32,000 nt of DNA from Candidatus Peribacter riflensis (GCA_001430755.1 CP013062.1:480001-512000), one strand, 5' to 3'. Numbered from the stretch's first letter, positions 1-7,968 are shown. Notes: generated by a model not told the origin, from the sequence alone. Made by a program: numbers and translations.

Positions 1-1
1 G

Positions 2-676
2 CAGGTGGGGGATTTTAAAGGCGATCTCGCTATCGTGCTCCGGGAGCAGTGCGCCTCGCCGGAGTTCGCCGGAGGATCGGTGACGGAGTTCCTCTCGAAA
101 CTGCCGCACTGCACGAGCGCAGGAAAAGCTGCTCCGACCGTCGATGCTTTCTACGCCGAAAAGATGCTCACCGATACCCGCGCAGCCCTGCTGGAGATTG
201 TGCAAGAAGACCGGCATACGGCCGAGATGTTGGCCGAAGTGCACCGGGATGATGTGGACGTGAGTGAGAGCACCGATCCCGATCAGCCATCGCAACGGGA
301 ACTGGATCGTTACATCAAGAAAACCACCGGGGGTGATCAGGACGCCGTGGACCGGGCGATCCGGAGTGAGCGAAACGCCTCGGATGAAGACGTGAACGCC
401 AGCTTTCGGTCGACATTCGCCCATCGTGGAGAAGAGGACTTGGACTTCAGTGCACTCCCGCCCAGCATCTGTTACCAGGAAGCGACGCGCACACTCATCT
501 GCGGCGTTCTGCAGGAGTGTGCGGGAGGGGACTTTACGGTAACCCCCCGTCTGCAACCGCTCATCGAAGGGGGCGTGCTGACCCAGAAGACGGCACAGCA
601 GATCTGCCGGCACATCCGCACCCTGGTAGATAAGCTCAAATTCGACTCGACCGGTAAGGTGGATGCGATGGATTGA
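2..676 (+). CDS. hypothetical protein, probably 5'-truncated by the window edge
   Basis: The frame is open from nt 2 to TGA 674-676. The track starts it at GTG 5, but no upstream stop is visible. The sequence is acidic and has no motif I recognise. Confidence 0.5.
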   Translation, partial: QVGDFKGDLAIVLREQCASPEFAGGSVTEFLSKLPHCTSAGKAAPTVDAFYAEKMLTDTRAALLEIVQEDRHTAEMLAEVHRDDVDVSESTDPDQPSQRELDRYIKKTTGGDQDAVDRAIRSERNASDEDVNASFRSTFAHRGEEDLDFSALPPSICYQEATRTLICGVLQECAGGDFTVTPRLQPLIEGGVLTQKTAQQICRHIRTLVDKLKFDSTGKVDAMD

Positions 677-762
677 CCGAACAGCAGTGCGGTGCAGGAA
701 AACGGAGGTAGCGCAGCATGTGCACTACCCCCGTATCCCCTCCAGGAAAACCCCGGAGACTC

Positions 763-1122
763 TCAAACGGACCGCTTCGGCTTCTTGGGCCGATTCGACA
801 GCACACAGCAGGCATCGTACGGCGCATCGTTGATATGCAGCACGTACCAGAGAATCTGGAACTGCGGCAGCCGGATCTTGCGTACTGCCAAAAACAGAAA
901 TAGACCGTGCGGCGGTTGCGTAACGGTCAACCATTGGCAGTGCTGCTTCTTCCAGGCTCGGTCGATCATCGCAAGCGTGACGGCTTGGGGAAAGCGGACA
1001 CGAATCTGCTGTACCCCCCGAGGTTTCCGGATCGTGAGAATCCCCGTAAGGATTCTTCCTATCCGGCGGATGACGAACGTGTGGGGCATGTTGTCCCACT
1101 TGAGCACAAGCGGCTTCTTCAT
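763..1122 (-). CDS. hypothetical protein (119 aa)
   Basis: Lies inside track ORF 763..1305(-). I prefer the internal ATG at 1122 (MKKPLVLKWDN...) because GGAG (complement of 1131-1134) sits 8 nt upstream. Third positions are GC-rich. No family recognised. Confidence 0.45.
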   Translation of the reverse strand: MKKPLVLKWDNMPHTFVIRRIGRILTGILTIRKPRGVQQIRVRFPQAVTLAMIDRAWKKQHCQWLTVTQPPHGLFLFLAVRKIRLPQFQILWYVLHINDAPYDACCVLSNRPKKPKRSV

Positions 1123-1376
1123 TATTCGGTCTCCAGAACGTGTAGGGAGGGGATCTGACCCCTCCGTTTGGTAAACGAAAGAGCCAAGTGACTCCCTACG
1201 AGCAGTGCTGTGAAGGACCGCGAAAGTGGCTAAAGCTACGCGCTTTCGGCGGCAATCGAAAGGGGAAACAGGCTGGTTTTTCAGGCCTATTGTATTAGAC
1301 ATCACCGAAGCGGGTTCTAGACTCCCCTGCGTTCAGACAGTCAGCCGGTCGTTCACAACACAGGAGGATCTATTTC

Positions 1377-1937
1377 ATGGAAAACACGTGGGGACTCAAA
1401 GAATTGACGCTCATGTTTCTCAAGCGTATCCGGGCATTTATGCCGCCCGGAAGCATCCCGGATTTCGAGCCACCGCCCCTTCCGGCAGGACTTGCCATTC
1501 CAAAGGAGGCAGAGTTGAAGAGCAGAAAGCACTTCTGCGCCGATGCTGAGGTGCTCACCCTGCCCATCGTGCTCGTCGTTCCCGGTGTGCACATTCACTT
1601 CGAGGCACCGGATGCAAAAAGCTACGTGCCCGGCGATCCCGCGTTCACGACGCCGTACTGGATCGGGCCGGTCACAGTCGATCACGACCACGCACCGGAG
1701 ATTTTCCGTTCCGGTTTGCAACGTCGGGTCAGCGTGATCGAAAACGCGTGTGCTCTCTGCCAGTACTACTGGATGGGGAGCCTCAGGAGCCGTGAACCAA
1801 CCTGGACAGCCCAGGTGTTCTTCGACAGCTACCGTGTCATCGGCAAGATGGCGGGAAGCGGCCCACGCCACCACGCCACGTGGGCACCCAAAGATCAGGT
1901 GGAGAATCCCCAGCACTATCTCTGCTGGGAAAAGTAA
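1377..1937 (+). CDS. hypothetical protein (186 aa)
   Basis: AGGAGG at 1362-1367 lies 9 nt before ATG 1377, and a strong hairpin terminator follows downstream. The 290-aa antisense ORF 1353..2225 is Arg-rich and judged spurious. Confidence 0.6.
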   Translation: MENTWGLKELTLMFLKRIRAFMPPGSIPDFEPPPLPAGLAIPKEAELKSRKHFCADAEVLTLPIVLVVPGVHIHFEAPDAKSYVPGDPAFTTPYWIGPVTVDHDHAPEIFRSGLQRRVSVIENACALCQYYWMGSLRSREPTWTAQVFFDSYRVIGKMAGSGPRHHATWAPKDQVENPQHYLCWEK

Positions 1938-1977
1938 CGGAAATGCAATGAATGACCGACTCAGCACTGTCCTGAAC

Positions 1978-2028
1978 AAAAAGCGCCGTATCTGCCATCC
2001 GCATTCCGGATGACAGGGCGCTTTTCTT
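1978..2028. terminator. bidirectional rho-independent terminator between convergent genes
   Basis: AAAAAGCGCC (1978-1987) pairs with GGCGCTTTT (2017-2025). They enclose an inner stem CTGCCATCCG/CGGATGACAG (1992-2016, 9 of 10 bp). An A-tract on one side and a T-tract on the other allow function on both strands. Confidence 0.65.
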
Positions 2029-2065
2029 AAAGGCAGCAAACACTGCCAGGGGAGTGGAAGAACTC

Positions 2066-2449
2066 CTACACCAGTTGCGATCCGTACAGCAGCAGGCCGC
2101 CCATGACCACAGCGATGATCCCGAGGATTGGCCGGACTGCTCCGTCCCCCAGCACGCGGTCTGTGAGGTTGACCAGCACGGCGGGCCGCCATGCGGCGGT
2201 GATACCCTTGAGCAATCCCAGCCATGCGATCAGGCGGATAATGCCCGCAGGATCGGTGCCGATGCTGTAATCCGCACGGAGCGTGAGGGCGCAGAGCACG
2301 ACGATCAGGGCGCCGGAGCAGCGCATGTGCAGAGTATTGCGCATAAATTCCTGCACGAAGGCGACGGTGGCCTCGCCGTTGACGAGCAGGGGAATGCCGA
2401 CGAGCAGAACGAGAATGCCGGTGATTTGGGCGAAGGTTTGAAGGTCCAT
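2066..2449 (-). CDS. hypothetical integral membrane protein (127 aa)
   Basis: Internal ATG at 2449 (MDLQTFAQITGILVLLVG...) of track ORF 2066..2560, 23 nt after the tspO stop. There are several hydrophobic segments. No family recognised. Confidence 0.55.
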   Translation of the reverse strand: MDLQTFAQITGILVLLVGIPLLVNGEATVAFVQEFMRNTLHMRCSGALIVVLCALTLRADYSIGTDPAGIIRLIAWLGLLKGITAAWRPAVLVNLTDRVLGDGAVRPILGIIAVVMGGLLLYGSQLV

Positions 2450-2472
2450 GATCGTGCAGTGTACACCACCCT

Positions 2473-2877
2473 TCACCGGTTCAACCACGTCACGCTGGCC
2501 TGCAGCACGGTGGCAAAGCTCACCCAGAGCAGGTAGGGCACCTGCGCCCACATCACCCAAGCCGAGAGGGGAGCGACGGTGCGGAGCATCCAGATGAGGG
2601 ATCCCAGTACCACGAGGATATCGAGGAATGCGAGCAGATTATTCCGGAGTCCGAACTGAATGGGCGAGAAGGCTAGGTTGGCGACGAGGTTGATCCCGAA
2701 CGGCACGATCACCCACGCAGACCAGTGCCCTTTGATCACCTTCCAGAGCACGAAGCTGAAGGAGATGAGGATGATGACGTACAGCACGGTCCACACGGGT
2801 CCGAAGATCCATGCCGGCGGAGCGAAGAACGGTTTCTTCTGCGCCGCGTACCAGAGGGCGGTATCTGCGGGGTTCAT
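2473..2877 (-). CDS. tspO: TspO/MBR family tryptophan-rich sensory protein
   Basis: The K-P-x-F-x-P-P-x-W-x-F-G-P-V-W-x-x-L-Y signature (KKPFFAPPAWIFGPVWTVLY) is present, and the five-TM-like sequence is Trp-rich. Its ATG overlaps the upstream stop as ATGA (2874-2877). Confidence 0.85.
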   Translation of the reverse strand: MNPADTALWYAAQKKPFFAPPAWIFGPVWTVLYVIILISFSFVLWKVIKGHWSAWVIVPFGINLVANLAFSPIQFGLRNNLLAFLDILVVLGSLIWMLRTVAPLSAWVMWAQVPYLLWVSFATVLQASVTWLNR

Positions 2878-3212
2878 CCGGAATGGGGGGAACGGGATGA
2901 GGCCTTGAGTCTAGCTTTTATGGTATTCGCCCACTTCTTGCCGGGATCCCCGCCCCACAGGAACCACGCGATGAGCCCGTTACTGGGGTGATCGGGATTG
3001 CCGAAGTCTTTGCCGCGCTTATCGACCTCGTGCCGCGCGAAGAAGCTGACCATGCGCAGGATCGTGCGCTGAGAGAGGGGACGGCGGTTCTTTAAGTCCC
3101 GCGCCCGCGCCACCCCGACCATTGTTCCCCCGCGCTTCCACTTTCGGCGGAGCCGTAAACCCTCTGCGGCATAGCGGGCGACTTCGACAGGGGGGATGAA
3201 GGAGGAGGACAC
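2874..3212 (-). CDS. hypothetical protein; start uncertain (GTG 3212, or ATG 3338/3344)
   Basis: The conserved-looking core is RGGTMVGVARARDL...RMVSFFARHEVD...AWFLWGGDPGKKWA. An ATG at 3344 would overlap the divergent gene at 3283 by about 60 nt, so GTG 3212 is preferred. It is translationally coupled to tspO. Confidence 0.45.
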   Translation of the reverse strand: MSSSFIPPVEVARYAAEGLRLRRKWKRGGTMVGVARARDLKNRRPLSQRTILRMVSFFARHEVDKRGKDFGNPDHPSNGLIAWFLWGGDPGKKWANTIKARLKASSRSPHSG

Positions 3213-3282
3213 GGAGGAAGTATAGAGGATCTCTGCGGTTTTGATGACTGGCCGCTGATCCTCCGCTAGATTCCCTCCCTTT

Positions 3283-4146
3283 ATGGATCTACGCGCAACG
3301 CTCGATTCCGGCCGCGTCCTGCTGCTCGATGGCGCCATGGGCACGGAGCTTCATAAGCATGGCCTGCAGGGCCAGTGCGATGCCCACCAGAAGCATCCCG
3401 GCAAGGTCATCGCCCTTCACGATGCCTACCTGAGGGCGGGGGCGCAGGCCATCACCACCAATACCTTTCTCTTGAACAGGCTCACGCCTGCCGCCGTGCG
3501 CGACAAGCCCGACCTCGATTTCTTGAATCGCGTGGGTGTGGAGCTGGCGAGGAATGTGGCCGGGGAGGACCACTTTGTTCTGGGTGGTATGGGGCCCACC
3601 GGACGGGTCTTCGACATGGATCCCCTCATGACCGATGAGGCGGTACGGGCGGCCTATCTGGCACAGGCGCAGATCCTGGCCGAAGAGGGGACAGATGGTC
3701 TCATCATCGAGACGATGACGAGTTTGCGTGAGGCACTGCTGGCCCTCGAAGCCTGCCGCGAGGTGACCGATAAGCCCGTGATTGTTTCGATGTCCTACTA
3801 CACCATGAACAGGGGTATCCGGACGATGAATGGCGAGACTGCGGCGGAGTGTGCGAAGCTTCTCACAGAGAGGGGAGCGGACTCCGTCGGAACCAATTGC
3901 AGCACCTTCCTGATGCGTGAGATGGCGCAGGTGGTCGCGGCCATGCGCTCCGCTGTGACAAAGGTGCCGATCATCGCGCAGCCCAATGCCGGCCAGCCGC
4001 ATGGTGAGGAGGGGACGTACATCATGACGCCGCAGGAGTTTGCGGATGGAGTAAAGCTTTGTATCGAAAAAGGTGCGACGATGGTGGGTGGGTGTTGCGG
4101 GGCGGGGCCGGAGTGTATTGCGGAGGTGGGGAAACGGCTTAGTTAA
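3283..4146 (+). CDS. homocysteine S-methyltransferase domain protein (MmuM/MetH N-domain-like)
   Basis: N-terminal LLLDGAMGTEL and C-terminal GGCCG (zinc-ligand Cys pair), plus an internal GTNCS, are typical of the Pfam S-methyl_trans family. It ends in a double stop, TAA TAG. Confidence 0.85.
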   Translation: MDLRATLDSGRVLLLDGAMGTELHKHGLQGQCDAHQKHPGKVIALHDAYLRAGAQAITTNTFLLNRLTPAAVRDKPDLDFLNRVGVELARNVAGEDHFVLGGMGPTGRVFDMDPLMTDEAVRAAYLAQAQILAEEGTDGLIIETMTSLREALLALEACREVTDKPVIVSMSYYTMNRGIRTMNGETAAECAKLLTERGADSVGTNCSTFLMREMAQVVAAMRSAVTKVPIIAQPNAGQPHGEEGTYIMTPQEFADGVKLCIEKGATMVGGCCGAGPECIAEVGKRLS

Positions 4147-4342
4147 TAGGAACAGTAAGCTTGGCAAGCTTGGTGGACTCGGTGCGTAAACGTTGGAACC
4201 AGCTCCAGCAGATAATATTTGAGTGGTATGAGCAGCTTCGCCATATCAATGGAAGATTCGGATTGCAGCCTCTAATAGCGCAATGGACATCTGTCTTCAC
4301 ATACAAGAGGAGAATGGAAACTCCAATGCGTCATGGTGTAGA

Positions 4343-5089
4343 ATGGCGATGCAATCTATGCAAAGGAGGGTCATTAGCCTTTTCACCGGCGCAGGAGGTT
4401 TGGATATTGGCTTTGAGAAGGCAGGCTTTGAAATTTCTATTGCTGTTGAGTCCGATCCTGCTTGTTGCTCAACACTTAGAGCAAATAGGCCGTCTCTAAT
4501 TGTTATTGAAGATAAGATTGAGAATATCCCATCAGAGAAGATTCTGACACTTTCAGGGCTTCAACCGCTAGAGACAGATTTAGTTATTGGCGGTCCACCT
4601 TGCCAACCATTTAGCCTAGCCGGTGAACGCAGAGGACTGGAGGACCCCAAAGGTATGTTGCTGATGGAATTCGTTCGGGTCATACGAGAGACCCTTCCTA
4701 AGGGTTTTGTGCTTGAAAATGTAAAAGGATTACTAAACTGGGACGGGGGAAGGGCGAGAGATCTACTTCTGACTGAATTGGTTAAACCAATTTCCTACAA
4801 GGGAAAAACTTATCAATACGAAGTTGAGGTCAGGCTACTTAATGCATGTGACTATGGAGTGCCACAAAAACGAGAACGCGTTGTATTTGTTGGAAATCGA
4901 ATCGGCGTTAAATTCAAGTTTCCAACTCCTACGCATGCTGATAAGACTATTGCATCAATAAAGAAACTTAAGAAATATCGCACAGTTTGGGATGCAATTG
5001 GCAACTTGCCACCCCCTGATGAACCATCTGAAACAGCAAAAATGGTGGCACAGACAATTCGTGGTAGAATTGCTAAGCATGGTTACTAA
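4343..5089 (+). CDS. DNA (cytosine-5)-methyltransferase, N-terminal part / alpha subunit (motifs I-VIII)
   Basis: Contains motif I SLFTGAGGLDIGF, motif IV GGPPCQPFS, motif VI ENVKGL and motif VIII QKRERVVFVG. Candidate starts are ATG 4343, 4349 or 4358. The frame stops at 5087-5089, inside the variable (TRD) region. Confidence 0.85.
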   Translation: MAMQSMQRRVISLFTGAGGLDIGFEKAGFEISIAVESDPACCSTLRANRPSLIVIEDKIENIPSEKILTLSGLQPLETDLVIGGPPCQPFSLAGERRGLEDPKGMLLMEFVRVIRETLPKGFVLENVKGLLNWDGGRARDLLLTELVKPISYKGKTYQYEVEVRLLNACDYGVPQKRERVVFVGNRIGVKFKFPTPTHADKTIASIKKLKKYRTVWDAIGNLPPPDEPSETAKMVAQTIRGRIAKHGY

Positions 5090-5480
5090 GACGATAACAA
5101 ATCATCAGGTTACTGCTCATGCCCCAACCACGGTTGCCAAGATTTTGAAGGTGGCGATTGGTTACAAGCTATCAGAGCAGCAGAAAACTTTTGGCTCTAC
5201 TTATCGTCGCCTAGACCCATCAAAGCCATCGCCCACAGTGACAAGAAGCGGTTATCGAGACTTTATTCATCCCTACGAACATCGGATGCTCACAGTACGG
5301 GAACTGGCTTGCTTACAATCTTTTCCTTCAAATTGGGTGTTCAAAGGCGTTCGATTGGACTCATATAGTTCAAGGCGTCAAACAACGATGACTCAATTCG
5401 GACAAGTTGGTAACGCTGTTCCCCCGTTACTAGCCGAGGTAATAGCCCGGTCAATTATGGAACAGTTTTTCCCAAACTAG
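5079..5480 (+). CDS. DNA (cytosine-5)-methyltransferase, C-terminal part / beta subunit (TRD, motifs IX-X)
   Basis: This lies in a different frame. It carries ...ITNHQ..., motif IX RMLTVRELACLQSFP and motif X GNAVPPLLA. ATG 5079 overlaps the alpha stop by 11 nt, and the frame is open back to ATG 4992. Confidence 0.8.
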   Translation: MVTKTITNHQVTAHAPTTVAKILKVAIGYKLSEQQKTFGSTYRRLDPSKPSPTVTRSGYRDFIHPYEHRMLTVRELACLQSFPSNWVFKGVRLDSYSSRRQTTMTQFGQVGNAVPPLLAEVIARSIMEQFFPN

Positions 5481-5484
5481 AGTT

Positions 5485-6522
5485 ATGCCAAAAGTTCCAA
5501 AAGAGGTCACAAAGGAGCAGTACATGCTAAAATCCACCTTCTTCTTGGAGAAGCTTGATTCTTTTGGTTTTTTCAAACTATACGAAGATATCAAGAAGAT
5601 TGCCTTTGACCATGCAAAAGCTCACTCTTGGAATGAGCGAAAAGATTGGTGCATTGATGAACAAGCTTGGGAGGCGATTAAGCGTACTAAAATTAATCCT
5701 CTCCTTGTCTTTGCACACCCCAATATTCTCAAGATTTATCCGGCAATGCTTAAATATTACCGATCAGTTGCAATGCTCCCTCAGAAAGGGCTAAGTGCCA
5801 TTTCTGGCTTTAGCGGGATACGTGCTGTTGAGAATGAGAAAAAAGGAATTCCTGAGAAGAAATTAGGGCAGGTTCTATGCGCTTTAAACGAGGTGATGTC
5901 TACATTGATTAAACTTGTAAGCGCCCTTGATGAAGAAAAGATAAAGGGAATGATGTTTGCTACCGCAGGAACAACAATCGATGGTTCTTGGAGAAATCAA
6001 ATCGGAAGTGAGGGGGAGAGGGTTATTCGATCATTGATCCTCAGAAAATTACTTGATAACAAAGAAGTCACCGCATTCGTTTTAAAAAATGGCAGCTCAA
6101 AGAGCACTGAAGAATGGGACAATGAAGATCCTGTGAAGCACATTAATGAAATTAAATCATTCACAAATATAAATGGAACAGTGGTGATCTTTGGCTCTGA
6201 ACCAGACATTGAGTTCCGCAATAGCGAAGGTAAAGTTCTTGGCGGAGTAGAGATCAAAGCCGGATTAGATCCGGCGGGTGCGCTTGAAAGGCTTGGGGCA
6301 ATGTTTAAATCTTTTGAAAACATGCTCCAACAGTATCCTGCCGCAGCAACAATCCTAATCGCTTCCTGCATTACAGATGAGGTTGGCCAGCGCTTACGTA
6401 CATCACGCTCTGTGCAGCAGACTTACATAACAACGGACGTTATGAGTAATGAAAAAGGACAGGCTGATAAATTTTGCAACTCAATAAGAGGGATATTAGA
6501 GTTAGTAGAGAAAAGAATGTAA
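5485..6522 (+). CDS. putative type II restriction endonuclease (PD-(D/E)xK; possibly BsoBI/AvaI/AquI-like)
   Basis: It starts 5 nt after the MTase stop and shares the same AT-rich composition. SEPDIEF...GGVEIKAGLDPAGA fits a PD...ExK catalytic core. The E-x-K-x-G-x-DPAGA stretch matches my unverified recollection of BsoBI. Confidence 0.55.
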   Translation: MPKVPKEVTKEQYMLKSTFFLEKLDSFGFFKLYEDIKKIAFDHAKAHSWNERKDWCIDEQAWEAIKRTKINPLLVFAHPNILKIYPAMLKYYRSVAMLPQKGLSAISGFSGIRAVENEKKGIPEKKLGQVLCALNEVMSTLIKLVSALDEEKIKGMMFATAGTTIDGSWRNQIGSEGERVIRSLILRKLLDNKEVTAFVLKNGSSKSTEEWDNEDPVKHINEIKSFTNINGTVVIFGSEPDIEFRNSEGKVLGGVEIKAGLDPAGALERLGAMFKSFENMLQQYPAAATILIASCITDEVGQRLRTSRSVQQTYITTDVMSNEKGQADKFCNSIRGILELVEKRM

Positions 6523-6545
6523 CCAATTATTCTTATATCTTATAA

Positions 6546-6570
6546 TGGTGGAGATATCGAGAATCGAACC
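6546..6570 (-). other. tRNA 3'-end-like fragment (T-loop, acceptor, CCA); possible att remnant
   Basis: The reverse complement reads GGTTCGATTCTCGATATCTCCACCA. This gives a G53-TTCGATT T-loop, T-stem 3' strand, 7-nt acceptor strand, discriminator A and CCA. The 5' complement needed for a T-stem or acceptor stem is absent, so it is not a functional tRNA. Confidence 0.35.
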
Positions 6571-6612
6571 ATTGACTACTTCCCATGCATCAACCAATAT
6601 TATTTCAGGAAA

Positions 6613-6641
6613 GCAAAAAATAGCCTTCCTGAAGGCAGGCT
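6613..6641 (-). terminator. rho-independent terminator of the minus-strand AT-rich operon
   Basis: The minus strand reads AGCCTGCC-TTCA-GGAAGGCT (one mismatch) followed by ATTTTTTGC. It lies 30 nt after the stop at 6671. Confidence 0.6.
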
Positions 6642-6670
6642 TATTCTTGAGAAGTCACTTTGCGATCCGC

Positions 6671-6817
6671 TCAGTCCAAACAAACTTTTATGCCTTTGTT
6701 CTCTTCGATGGAGGAAAGGATTTTGGGATCATGAAATTGCATCCAATCGCGCTCGTCGCGGAATTGTCTGATTTTATTGAGGACTTGCCTGATCGGATCT
6801 TGCCTATCAATTTGCAT
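6671..6817 (-). pseudogene. truncated MazG-like (dCTPase-type) nucleotide pyrophosphohydrolase, N-terminal 48 codons only
   Basis: Not in the track because it is under 60 aa. My translation is MQIDRQDPIRQVLNKIRQFRDERDWMQFHDPKILSSIEENKGIKVCLD*. The FRDERDW-QFH-PK-L stretch is the typical N-terminus of roughly 100-120-aa all-alpha NTP pyrophosphohydrolases. Similarity is lost where the ExxE helix should begin. Confidence 0.5.
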
Positions 6818-7610
6818 AATTAGCCTGGAAATTCTTTAGCCACTGATCTGCAGCCGGCTTTCCAAATCTTTCCAGCATACAAGAGTAAGTCGCTCCATTA
6901 CAATTATAGATGAAGCAATCACTGTTATTTTCACATTTATACGACAGCAACAGAGATGAAATAGTTGCCCCACCGTATGTACCAGTAAGATCAACAGGAA
7001 CTGCAATGAGACTAGCAGAATCTGCGTTACCAGTATTGTTTATGAAATTAATAATGTGAGTAGGTTTACCTGTTTTTTCAAAATAATCACCAGAGGAAGC
7101 TATTTCATCTCCAAGCAGATTAATTTTTAGCATAACTTCTTGATTAGGAGCGATTAGGCCACCGCGGCGATTAGTATCGGAAATATCAATTTGATTTTTT
7201 GATATCCTAGAGGACTTAATAAATCCGGTCTCTCGTGCGAAGTTAAAAAGAACGACAACGGGAGAATCTGATGATACTTTGCCAGATATATCTAGGTTTA
7301 CCTGAGAGAATTTCCCAAGATAAATTATCTTGGGAATTTTTTCATAGTTATCTATGGAAAAAGGGTTGGAAGAAGGGACATAAGGTCCTTGAAGCAGTTC
7401 AAGAGTTCTGATATCTGAATCGGGGATTGGTTTTGGCAACACTGCTTCAGGCATTTTGGGCTTTATCCAATTAATCTCAACTAACCTGAGTCTGATAAAA
7501 GGAATAATTCTATTAATTACTGAATCAAAAACCAATAAAAATAAAACTGCTGAAATAATGAACAAAACGATTCCTTTGATAGCCGCTTTAACTTTGGCAT
7601 TTAGAATCAT
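6807..7610 (-). CDS. hypothetical N-terminally membrane-anchored protein (267 aa)
   Basis: An N-terminal hydrophobic helix (IVLFIISAVLFLLVF) is followed by a Ser/Asn-rich region and a Cys-containing C-terminus. The gene is AT-rich and overlaps the upstream gene by 23 nt. No family recognised. Confidence 0.6.
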   Translation of the reverse strand: MILNAKVKAAIKGIVLFIISAVLFLLVFDSVINRIIPFIRLRLVEINWIKPKMPEAVLPKPIPDSDIRTLELLQGPYVPSSNPFSIDNYEKIPKIIYLGKFSQVNLDISGKVSSDSPVVVLFNFARETGFIKSSRISKNQIDISDTNRRGGLIAPNQEVMLKINLLGDEIASSGDYFEKTGKPTHIINFINNTGNADSASLIAVPVDLTGTYGGATISSLLLSYKCENNSDCFIYNCNGATYSCMLERFGKPAADQWLKNFQANYAN

Positions 7611-7968
7611 ACTTTATGAATGGAATAAATTTCATTACGCAATGTGGAATGGAACAAAGAATTATTGCAGATGCAATAAACAAAAAATTTCCAAGCCAAA
7701 GAAATACTGCTAGTAGTAGCAATTCTGTTACAGAAACATCTTTTGTATTCCAAAAAAATTTGCATACAATCCACTCGTTAAGGGAACCCGATTTCCCATG
7801 ACTAATAAATAGGGGGAGAAAAATAAATACGAGAACAAAAAAACCAGTTAGAAATGAGACTTCAAGTTGAGAATATGAAATATTCACTAATTTGTTATAA
7901 CAAAAAATAGATAGGCCTACTATAAGCCACAAAAGAGTCATGTTGATAATAATTAATAAGGACTTCAT
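7588..7968 (-). CDS. hypothetical polytopic membrane protein (126 aa)
   Basis: It has about four hydrophobic segments and is the first gene of the AT-rich minus-strand operon. No family recognised. Confidence 0.55.
   Translation of the reverse strand: MKSLLIIINMTLLWLIVGLSIFCYNKLVNISYSQLEVSFLTGFFVLVFIFLPLFISHGKSGSLNEWIVCKFFWNTKDVSVTELLLLAVFLWLGNFLFIASAIILCSIPHCVMKFIPFIKYDSKCQS

Noticed and set aside
4161-4499. A TTG-initiated 112-aa ORF that might be a controller (C) protein of the R-M system
   Set aside because: It overlaps the methylase N-terminus in another frame, has no helix-turn-helix-like segment, and starts inside the boundary palindrome. I judge it spurious.
6545-6823. A 92-aa + strand ORF in the island
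   Set aside because: It spans the tRNA-like fragment and the minus-strand terminator, and it is antisense to the recognisable MazG-like ORF. It has no motif of its own.
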